NCBI GenBank assembly: GCA_041651455.1 | Contig: JBAZJG010000010.1 | Coordinates: 1-61,494, forward strand | Reading direction: 5' to 3' | DNA: 61,494 nucleotides | From: Candidatus Omnitrophota bacterium | Lineage (GTDB): Bacteria; Omnitrophota; Gorgyraeia; Pluralincolimonadales; Pluralincolimonadaceae | Shown here: positions 16,614 through 24,900 of the stretch, piece after piece | How positions within the stretch are numbered: the first letter of the stretch is position 1 | Layout: the number at the start of each line of letters is the position of its first letter | Position numbers and translations under genes: made by a program | The notes under the pieces: generated by a model | Told to the model about the DNA's origin: nothing | Database searches by the model: none | What the model saw: the letters and a program-made list of their open reading frames with translations, nothing else

Positions 16614-18668
16614 TTATTCTTCGATAAGCGCTTTTATCTGGGGGAGCATCTTGCGTGTCTCCTCCTCGCCGCGCTTGATAAGCTCTTCCGCCTTATAAAG
16701 CTCGAACCAGACCGCGTTCGTGAGTATCGGGTGTATCACGCAGTCCGCTTCGCGCGACGACGCCTCGGCCAGCACGTATTGCATCGCGAGCGAAGTGTTC
16801 ATCATGACATCGAAGACGTTCGGCGCGAAAGTCCTTCGCACCCAGTTATTGAAATTATACGATATGCGCGCGAACACGAAACCGTTCGCGAGCTTCGCCT
16901 CTTCCTTGCGGCGCTTCTGCTCGAATTCGTCGAATATCTTCTTCATCTCGTCCTGGCTCGGGAGGCAGTTGACCGCTATTATCTTCTTCGCGCCGCCTTT
17001 CATCAGTACGTCTATCGGGACCGGGTCGAACGTCCCGCCGTCTATAAGGAAATCGTCCCCGTAACGTATCGGCTTTATTATCGCGGGTATCGAGCATGAC
17101 GCGCGGACCGCGTCCACGAGGCTTCCCTGGTCGAAGACTATGTTCTCGCGGGAACGCAGCGTGTTCGCGACTATCTTGAACGGCGTATGGGTGTCGTGGA
17201 ACGTCTTCCCGCCGAGATATTCTCGAAAAAGCTTCTTCAGGTTATTACCGTTCAGGAAGCCCTGCAGGGGGAATATCGAAAAATCTGCGAGCGAGAGCAG
17301 CATCTTCCTGTCCTTGAACCTCATCGCGACCTTTTCGAGCTCGGCCGCTTCCATGCCCGACACCCAAAAAGCCCCGACTACCGCGCCGATCGAGGTGCCA
17401 GCGACGAAATCTATCGGTATCTTTTCTTTCTCGAGGACCTTCAGCACGCCTATATGGACGAGCCCGAGCGCCGCGCCTGAACCGAGCGCGAGGCCCACAA
17501 GTATCCTTCCTATCTCCCTGGCTATCCTGCGTACCGACCTCGAATAGAGGCACTCAGGCACCGCGAGGACCGGCGGCAGTCCCGCGGCCATCATGCCCGC
17601 GAGCATGCCGAGGTCCGGCAATGTCGCATACGCCTTGTGCCCGAGAAGCTTGATCTCCTCCTCGAACGTCTTTGTCATGACGAATTCGTTTATTATCGCC
17701 TTTATCGTCGTGTCGGGATCCTTTACGGTCTTCTTGAGTTCTTCGATGAGCCGCCCGGTGGACCTGAGGTTATGCTCCCCGGAATCCGTTACGATATGAA
17801 CCAGGTCCGACTGCGTCAATATGGAATACACCGACTTATCCATGTCAACGGGCATGTCCACGATGATATAATTGAATTCGGCGGCTATCGAGCTGAGAAG
17901 GGATATCGCCGCGGCGGGGTCTATGCGCGACGACGGACCGCAGGCGGCGTTAAGCAGGAATATGCCCCCGGCCTCATACTTGACTATCCTGTCTTTTACA
18001 TCCTCGTAACTGAGCATGCCGGATTCCATGCCGACGCACGGGAGTTCGCCTTCCATGCGCAGCATCGAGGAGCACTCTTTCCCGGTCGCGCTCATGTCTA
18101 TCAGCATGACCTTTTTGCGCGTCTCGTAAGCGAGAGCTATCGCGAGGTTCACCGAATACATCGTCCTGCCCGATTTCTTCGCGAGCCCGTAGACCGATAT
18201 TATCGTGGATTCGAATACGGCCTTGGCCCTGGATTCTTTCCTCTTCAGGCGGCGCGAGAGCGATTCGCTGAGCTTCAGCGCGAGCTGCGGGACCTCGTTG
18301 AGCAGAAGGTCAAAATCCTTCTTGTCTATCCTAAGGACCACGGAGTCGTTCACCATCTGCACGGAAGCGGAATGGGGCTCGTTGGTCAGCAGCGATACGA
18401 TCCCGACGTAGTCGCCCCTGTGCAGGAATATGAGGGTCTTCTCTTCGCCCGAAGGCGTCTTCACGAACACTTTCGCGCGGCCGGATACGATGCAATAAAA
18501 AGAATCCGACGGATGGCCTTCCCGGTACAGGATATGGTCCTTCCTGTACTCCGCTATGTAGCAGCGCTCTTCTATAAGCTTCTGCGCCACCTGCGGAAGG
18601 TCCGAAAAAAGCGGTATCTTCCTGACTACCGCAGCTCTGTCTAAATTGCTTAAGTTGGCAGGGTTCAT
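16614..18668 (-). CDS. Cyclic-nucleotide-binding-like domain + degenerate MinD/ParA-like domain + patatin-like phospholipase
   Basis: N-terminal CAP_ED fold (FSDLP..GDYVGIVSLL..PHSASV). The middle domain is ISVYGLAKKSGRTMYSVNLAIALA..MLIDM..IIVDMP. The patatin domain carries GSGAALG, GTSIG and LIDGG. Start is taken at ATG 18668 (MNPANLS). The track TTG 18704 coincides with a promoter-like -35 box. Confidence 0.8.
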   Translation of the reverse strand: MNPANLSNLDRAAVVRKIPLFSDLPQVAQKLIEERCYIAEYRKDHILYREGHPSDSFYCIVSGRAKVFVKTPSGEEKTLIFLHRGDYVGIVSLLTNEPHSASVQMVNDSVVLRIDKKDFDLLLNEVPQLALKLSESLSRRLKRKESRAKAVFESTIISVYGLAKKSGRTMYSVNLAIALAYETRKKVMLIDMSATGKECSSMLRMEGELPCVGMESGMLSYEDVKDRIVKYEAGGIFLLNAACGPSSRIDPAAAISLLSSIAAEFNYIIVDMPVDMDKSVYSILTQSDLVHIVTDSGEHNLRSTGRLIEELKKTVKDPDTTIKAIINEFVMTKTFEEEIKLLGHKAYATLPDLGMLAGMMAAGLPPVLAVPECLYSRSVRRIAREIGRILVGLALGSGAALGLVHIGVLKVLEKEKIPIDFVAGTSIGAVVGAFWVSGMEAAELEKVAMRFKDRKMLLSLADFSIFPLQGFLNGNNLKKLFREYLGGKTFHDTHTPFKIVANTLRSRENIVFDQGSLVDAVRASCSIPAIIKPIRYGDDFLIDGGTFDPVPIDVLMKGGAKKIIAVNCLPSQDEMKKIFDEFEQKRRKEEAKLANGFVFARISYNFNNWVRRTFAPNVFDVMMNTSLAMQYVLAEASSREADCVIHPILTNAVWFELYKAEELIKRGEEETRKMLPQIKALIEE

Positions 18669-18675
18669 CAACTGT

Positions 18676-18704
18676 ATTATATAGGCTATAAAACAAAATG
18701 GCAA
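18676..18704 (-). promoter_or_regulatory. Sigma70-like promoter abutting the patatin-gene ATG (would give a leaderless mRNA)
   Basis: The minus strand reads TTGCCA (18704..18699), a 17-nt spacer, TATAAT (18681..18676), then 7 nt to ATG 18668. No Shine-Dalgarno sequence precedes this ATG. Confidence 0.35.
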
Positions 18705-18721
18705 GCGTGATAACGCCTGCC

Positions 18722-18808
18722 AAAAAAGTAGCCAGCGGCTTTCAAACCCATCCTTGCTGCTTACTGCGATACTGCCGCTTGTTCCTTGGTTCTATTCCAG
18801 CCGCTGGC
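18722..18808 (-). terminator. Terminator-like expression platform: perfect 10-bp long-range stem followed by a U6 tract
   Basis: Minus-strand GCCAGCGGCT (18808..18799) pairs with AGCCGCTGGC (18740..18731) across a 58-nt insert. TAC-TTTTTT follows. The 3-nt gap before the U tract and the large loop make it atypical. Confidence 0.35.
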
Positions 18809-18861
18809 GAAATCCTGTGTCGACCGATGAAGGGAGGCAACCTACGCCTTTGACCTTTTCT

Positions 18862-18960
18862 CCGGTTTCGGTAACCCCGCCGCCCTGCCGTGCCACCTGG
18901 AATGGCCTCAGTTTAGGCCCGGGATTTTGCGTCACGCCCTTTCGGCCCTGATGGGGGTCG
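18862..18960 (-). promoter_or_regulatory. c-di-GMP-I (GEMM-I)-like riboswitch aptamer
   Basis: The minus-strand RNA carries, in order: CAGGGC; a GAAA-capped hairpin; GACGCAAAA (18933..18925); CCCGGGCCUAAAC (CCUAAAC at 18917..18911); and GCGGGGUUACCGA (18880..18868). These are the conserved blocks of the V. cholerae Vc2 aptamer as I recall it. The last block is an exact 13-nt match. The 5' helix is shorter than canonical. Confidence 0.55.
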
Positions 18961-19080
18961 GTGCGCTTTGGGTATTTCGCACCGAGCGTCAGGTCCGGCC
19001 GACGGCCAGACCGCCCTTTCGGTCAATTAAAGTATGCCACATGTCCGTGAAAATACAAGGGGCGTGGAAGGTAAAATCCT

Positions 19081-19977
19081 TCAGCAGTATCCCAGGATCT
19101 TGAGCGCCTGTGGGTCCTTGCGCCAGTTCTCGTGGACCTTGACCCAGAGCTCTATGAAGACGTGCCTTCCGATCAGTTTCTGTATGTCCCTTCTTGCGGC
19201 TTCACCGATATACTTGAGCATCTGCCCCCTGTGCCCGACTATTATCTTCTTCTGCGACTGGCGTTCAACGTATATCGTCGCCCTGATGAATGTCACCTTC
19301 TTCGGCCTCTCGGCGAATTCCTCTATAAGGACCGCTATAGAATGCGGGACCTCCTCGTGCGTCAGCTCGAGCGCCTTCTCGCGGACTATCTCTCCCGCCA
19401 TGAACCTTTCGGTCTTGTCGGTGAACTGGCTGTCCGGGAACATTTTCGGCCCGTACGGAAGGTATTTTATGACCATCGCCAGTACCGCGTCCATGTTGTC
19501 GCCGGTAAGCGCCGAGGTAGGTATCAGCTCCTTAAAATCGTAAAGCTTTGCGGCCTCCTCTATAAGCGGCAGCGCGAGCGATTTGCTCTTGAGGTCGACT
19601 TTGTTTATCAGCAGCAGCGCGGGCTTGCCGGCCTCTTTCACGAGCTTGAATATCAGCTTGTCCTCGTCGGTAATCCCCTTGGTCATGTCTATGATGAATA
19701 TGACGAGGTCGACCTCGAGCAACGAGTCCTTCGCGGCTTTCGTTATATACTTGCCGAGCAGGTTCTTCGGCTTATGTATGCCCGGGGTATCCACGAAGAC
19801 GACCTGCGCGTCCTTGTTCGTCAGTATGCCCTGTATCCTGTTGCGCGTCGTCTCGGGCTTCTCGGTCACTATCGCGACTTTCTCGCCGACGAGCCGGTTC
19901 AGCACCGTCGACTTGCCGACGTTGGGCCTTCCGACTATCGCGACAAAACCGGACTTGATCTTGTTCTCTTCCGCCAT
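19081..19977 (-). CDS. era: GTPase Era
   Basis: G1 motif GRPNVGKST, G3 motif DTPG and G4 motif NKVD, with a KH-domain C-terminus. Confidence 0.92.
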   Translation of the reverse strand: MAEENKIKSGFVAIVGRPNVGKSTVLNRLVGEKVAIVTEKPETTRNRIQGILTNKDAQVVFVDTPGIHKPKNLLGKYITKAAKDSLLEVDLVIFIIDMTKGITDEDKLIFKLVKEAGKPALLLINKVDLKSKSLALPLIEEAAKLYDFKELIPTSALTGDNMDAVLAMVIKYLPYGPKMFPDSQFTDKTERFMAGEIVREKALELTHEEVPHSIAVLIEEFAERPKKVTFIRATIYVERQSQKKIIVGHRGQMLKYIGEAARRDIQKLIGRHVFIELWVKVHENWRKDPQALKILGYC

Positions 19978-19978
19978 A

Positions 19979-21148
19979 TCAGTAGAGTTCTCCCGCCTTT
20001 AATTCCTTCATCCAGCGTTTCTCGAGCTCTTTTACAGTCACGTATAATTTCTTTTTCGCGACTTCCTCGAACGTCATCCCGGTGCCCAGCATTTTCAGCA
20101 TTTCCCTTATCGTGTACTTATTGTACCTTTTCATCAGGTATTTAGCGAGTGAATACGACTCCTGCGCGGCGAGATGGTATTGCACCTCGTCCGCCGCGGA
20201 AGAGAGCACCGTATCGAGCTCGGCAAACGGCAGCAGCAGCCCGTTCTTCACGGCGTTCTTCAGTATCGTAAGGTCCTTCTTCGCGTATTTGTATCCCTCG
20301 TAATACGCGAGCCCCTCGTGCAGCCAGTCGGGGGCCTTTCCGAGAGAAAGGTCGTTGACGAGCAGGTGCGTATATTCGTGCCAGACGATACCGCGCTTGT
20401 CCGCGTCCGTGAGGCCCGAGCCGACGAACGGCAGGCGTATCTTCCCGTCGTAAATGCCACTCGCCCCTTTCTTCCAGTCGCGGACCGCATTAAAATCATC
20501 CTGGTCGTAAAGTATCACTGTTATCTTGTATTGCGGGCGCAGGCCGAACTCCTGGCCGAGTATGCGGTATGCCTCCTGCAGGTAATAACGGACGTTATAG
20601 CTGGTCCGCGCGCCTTCCTTAGCGTACCTGATATCGAACTGGTCCATCCCCGAGGCGCGGTATTCTTTTTCGACCTTATTCTCGGTCTCGGCCTTGCCTA
20701 TCCTTTTCTTGAGCTCCTCGGCGTATTTGAAATCAGGATTTATGTCGAGGATCTTCTGCCAGAGCGCCTTCGCCTCATCGAGCTTCTGCGAATTATATTT
20801 TACCTCACCGAGCACAAAAAGCGCGGTGATGTTCTTAGCGTCATATTTCAGGGCCTGTTGCGCGTACCGGCCGGCAAGGTCGAGGTTGCGCCTCTCAAGC
20901 TCCGCTTCCGATTGGCCCGCGTAAGCAACCGCGAGGTTTTTCTCTGCGGTACTATTGCCCTTGTTAAGCTTTAGCGCCTGCTCGAGGTAGGATATCGCCG
21001 CCTTATACGCGCCCTTATTGTAAGCGTCAACGCCCATCTGGTTATACGCCGCTGCGGCGGCAGGGTCTTCCCTGACCGTGATGGCTTCGCAGGCGGGCTG
21101 CGCGGCGAGTGCAGCGAACACAAGGATTTTGAGTATTGCGCGTTTCAT
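19979..21148 (-). CDS. Secreted TPR-repeat protein with a C-terminal MA-clan (HExxH) peptidase-like domain
   Basis: Signal peptide MKRAILKILVFAALAAQPACEA. TPR-like helices are present (AYNKGAYKAAISYLEQALKL...). The zinc motif is WHEYTHLL, followed by HEGLAYYEG. Start is moved to ATG 21148. Confidence 0.7.
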   Translation of the reverse strand: MKRAILKILVFAALAAQPACEAITVREDPAAAAAYNQMGVDAYNKGAYKAAISYLEQALKLNKGNSTAEKNLAVAYAGQSEAELERRNLDLAGRYAQQALKYDAKNITALFVLGEVKYNSQKLDEAKALWQKILDINPDFKYAEELKKRIGKAETENKVEKEYRASGMDQFDIRYAKEGARTSYNVRYYLQEAYRILGQEFGLRPQYKITVILYDQDDFNAVRDWKKGASGIYDGKIRLPFVGSGLTDADKRGIVWHEYTHLLVNDLSLGKAPDWLHEGLAYYEGYKYAKKDLTILKNAVKNGLLLPFAELDTVLSSAADEVQYHLAAQESYSLAKYLMKRYNKYTIREMLKMLGTGMTFEEVAKKKLYVTVKELEKRWMKELKAGELY

Positions 21149-21156
21149 GTTATAAT
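21129..21156 (+). promoter_or_regulatory. Sigma70-like promoter for mazG
   Basis: TTGAGT (21129..21134), a 16-nt spacer, then TATAAT (21151..21156), 31 nt upstream of the mazG ATG. Confidence 0.4.
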
Positions 21157-21187
21157 CAGTATACCTTAACCCGAAAGACATGTCCAC

Positions 21188-21958
21188 ATGAGCGTAAAAT
21201 CCCTGAATAAGCTTGTTAAGATAATGGCCCGTTTGCGGGCGAAGGACGGCTGCCCGTGGGACAGGGCGCAGACGCACGCCTCCCTGAAGAAACACATAAT
21301 CGAGGAAGCGTATGAGCTCTGTGACGCGATAGATTCCAAAGATCCCGAGAAGCTCAAGGACGAACTCGGTGATTTCCTCTTCCAGGTGATATTCCAGGCG
21401 CAGATAGCTAAGGAACGCGGAGAATTTGATATGGGTGACGTGCTTCGCACGTCTACCCTAAAGATGCTTCACCGCCATCCGCATGTCTTCGGCAAGCACA
21501 AGGCCAAGGATCCTGATGATGCTTACAGGCACTGGCAGGCGCGCAAAGAAACGGAAAAGAATTACAAAGACCGCAAGAGCATACTCGACGGCGTCCCGAA
21601 GACCCTGCCCGCGCTGATAAAAGCCCAGAAGATCTCAAGGCGCGCGGCGACTCAGGGATTCGATTGGCCGGACGTGAAATTCGTCGTGGACAAGGTGCAT
21701 GAGGAGCTTGAAGAGGTTAAAGCAGAATTGAAGATCGGCAACAAGCGCCGGCTTGCCGAGGAGATCGGCGACTTGCTGTTCGCGGTAGTGATACTCTCCC
21801 GCTTCGGCGGCATCGACGCCGAGGAATCCCTCCATAACGCGACGAAAAAATTCGCGAAACGCTTCGGCAATATCGAACGTGCCGTAAAAAAGCGCGGAAG
21901 AAAGATAAACGAGTGCGGGTTCGAGGAATTATACCGCCTATGGCGCCGCCTAAGGTGA
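21188..21958 (+). CDS. mazG: Nucleoside triphosphate pyrophosphohydrolase MazG
   Basis: Motifs RLRAKDGCPWDRAQTHASL..EEAYE, ELGDFLF and, in the second domain, EEIGDLLFAVV. Confidence 0.9.
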   Translation: MSVKSLNKLVKIMARLRAKDGCPWDRAQTHASLKKHIIEEAYELCDAIDSKDPEKLKDELGDFLFQVIFQAQIAKERGEFDMGDVLRTSTLKMLHRHPHVFGKHKAKDPDDAYRHWQARKETEKNYKDRKSILDGVPKTLPALIKAQKISRRAATQGFDWPDVKFVVDKVHEELEEVKAELKIGNKRRLAEEIGDLLFAVVILSRFGGIDAEESLHNATKKFAKRFGNIERAVKKRGRKINECGFEELYRLWRRLR

Positions 21959-24900
21959 CCGGTGTTTCCCCGCAGCGGCCATCTTTCCGTGCAGCCTCTT
22001 GCTCTGGAGGCAAAAGGCCTCAATCTTAGCCTCTATCAACGGCGGGAACGGCGTGCCGTCTATCTCTATCGACAGGAACGGGAACTCTTCCACCCCCTTA
22101 AGGCCGGGATAATCCCTTCCGAACAGTTTCTTCTTAGCGCTTAGGTTCATGTTCCCGTTCAGTATCGACTCGATTATCCTTGTGGGCAGGCACGCGAAGG
22201 GCCCCACGTTGATTATCCCGGAGACGTGTTCTGCCACCTCGTTCATTGCGGAACCGACCACGACTATCGACTCCCCGGTAAGCTGTTCGTCGAAAAACTT
22301 TTTGCCGGTGTCCATAATTCTCTTGATGTTTATTTCTTCGCCGTCATAAAGCCCGGAGCGGGCCAGTATCTTCTTTATCTTCCTCTCGTAGCTGCTCTGA
22401 AGGAAGGTCTTTATGAAGAACTCGACCCTTCCGGACACGCCGAGGTCCGCCCCGACAAGCTTGTTCTTAACGAGATGGTCGACATAATAGAACCATTCGA
22501 GCATCGGCGCCGTCTTGGCGACGATCTCTTTCTGCGCGAGCCTGTCGATAAGCGGACTGCAACAGTAATCGTCGCGCCTGACGTATATCTCGCCCATTAT
22601 CGCCACCTTGTTCGCTTCCCTAAACGGGCGTTTCAGCGGTATCCTGCTTAACACGCCCATCGAATCTCCCAATACGTCATAAAGGCCGTGTCCGCCTTCC
22701 TCTATGCAAGAGAGGACTTTCTGCCACTGCCCCTCGAATATCCTCATCGCCTCATGGCGGTCCCTGGCCAGGGCTTTTAGAGCGTTCTTTATATCATACA
22801 TCGCGTCGTATATCAGCGCGGTCTTCAGGACCAGGATATTGAACCTGTTCCCCATTCCGAGATAGCTGTTCTGGGTATCCATCGAATAGACCGCGAGGTT
22901 CCTTATCTTCTTCTTCCTGATAAGCCCGTTGAAGAAGGTATTATACTGCCCGAACCTGCAATTACCCCCCGTTGAGGGCATGAAGAATACCAGCACGTCT
23001 CCGTCTTTCCTCTGCTCGAGGTATTTCATGAGGCTTCCGGCGCTGAGTATGAGCGGAAGGCACTCTTTGCATGTGGTATTCGACCTGCCGTGTTTCAACG
23101 ATATCCCGTCGGAAGGCTCCAGCGGTATGGCGTTTATCCCGGCGGTCCTGAAGACGGCCGCGAGCGCTTCCGGCCCCATCTTACCCATCGGAGGTATAAG
23201 CAGTTTTACCTTCTTATCGTTTATCTTCAGCCTCTCCCTGTCCGACGACACTATCCACAACCTCTTCCTTCGGCTTATGCAGCGGGCCGGGATGAACGGG
23301 TCGACGGCCTTCTGCGGATGCTGTTCCGTCCTCCTTGACCTCTCTACTATATCCAGGAACGCTTCTATCCTCGTGTTTATCCCGGCATCCGCGGTATGGC
23401 TGTCTATCTCGAGGGTCAACATCGGCTTATTGTCCATTATCTCCCTGACGTGCCCGACGATGAACGAATCCGGGCCGCAGCTGAAATTGGTGACGAATAC
23501 GGCATAAAGCTGGGGATGCTTCCTGATGAACCGCGCGGCCTTCAGTATCATCTGCCCGCTTGCCCAATACATATTCCTGTCGTCAGATTCGCTTTCGTAA
23601 GGCAGGCTATCGAACGGTATTATAGTCACTCCGCGCGAGGAGAATTTATCCGGTATCGCCATATTGGCTTCGGCCGCAAAACTGTTATACGGCCTGCCGA
23701 GCAGTACTACGGCTATCCTTTCCGGGTCTTTTTTTAGGTCTTCAAGGCACTTTTTCCCGCGCTGCTTCATCTTATACGTGAAATCTTCCTGCCTGGCACA
23801 CGCTTCGGCATAAGCCCTCACCGCATCCCGCCGTTTGAAGCCCATGTCAGCGGCCATATCGACGAATGTCCCCTGCGCGCCCTTCAATCCTTTCGAGAAA
23901 TCTATTATCGGGATAAGGAGCTTGCCTGTTCCGGATCTCTTGAAAGTGTCGCGCAGGTAATACGGTTCGCTCTGAAGGATGACGCAGGTCGATTGCTGCT
24001 CCTTGCGCGAGCGGAGCGCCTTCTTGGAGCTGATCTCAAGGACCTGCGGCAGGAATATATAGTCCGTTCCCTTCTCAATCAGGTTATGGAACATGCCGTG
24101 GGCTATTTCGGCGGGATAGCAGAAGGCGGCTCTCTTGCTCTGGACCCCGTTATCCGATATAGCATCCGATACCGCGACCTTCATGCCCAAAGCGGAAAAG
24201 AAACCGTTATACAGCGGGAAGAACGTATGGGTAAGGAATGATTTACTGATACCGACTTTTTTTACGCCCGGCCGGTGGGCCGGGACGGCACCCGTGCCGA
24301 AAAGCTCCTCCTGGCGCACCTTGACCAGGTTTAGCGGTCCGTCATCGACAACGACCGAATGGTTAAGGTTATAATACCTGTTGCACGAACCGCCGAAGAG
24401 GTAGGTCTTCCCTTCTATCTCTATGCGCAGGATGCTGCAGCCTCGGTCGCATTTTTCCGCGCCTCCCTTGCACCTGAACGAGTCCCGGTACCTGACTTCC
24501 CTCCCTATCAGGCCGGAGAGCCTGAACTCTTTCTTACTGAGCAGGCCGTGTTTGAGCTTGTCCTTTACCTCCAGCGCGACTCCGAAAGCCCCCATTAGGC
24601 CCGGTTCCGGGGGGACGATGATCTTCTTGCCCAAAAGCGAAGCCATCGCGACCGGGACCGCCTTGTTGTAACATACGCCGCCCTGCATCAGGACCTTATC
24701 GCCCACTATCCTGTTGCCCTTGACCCTGTTTATGTAATTCATGCATATGGAATAAACGAGGCCTGCGACGATGTCTTCCTTCTTGAGCCCTTCGTAAGAA
24801 GCGGTCTTTATGTCGCTGCTGATGAAGGCCGCGCACTGGTCGTTGAAATTGGGCGGGTTCTCCCCTTTCATCGCCTGCGGCTCTATCCCGGCCAGTTCGA

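Noticed and set aside
16614-18960. The cNMP-binding + patatin gene as a CBASS/Pycsar-type anti-phage effector.
   Set aside because: There is no cyclase (CD-NTase or PycC-like) and no other defence gene adjacent. The neighbours are era, fixC and fadD, and the locus is embedded in a housekeeping gene train with no mobile-element signs. I kept it only as a signalling-regulated lipase.
18705-19080. RNase P RNA, SRP (4.5S) RNA, tmRNA or 6S RNA in the era-patatin gap.
   Set aside because: The length (~360 nt) and some strings were tempting: GUGGCACGG, CCGGAGAAAAGGUCAAAGG and, on the plus strand, GUCAGGUCCGG. However, the universal RNase P CR-I (GAGGAAAGUCCGGGC) and CR-V (ACAGAACCCGGCUUA) are absent. 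The SRP GGAA tetraloop and AGCA loop are absent. No tRNA-like CCA end exists. The same strings are better explained as parts of a GEMM-I-like aptamer.
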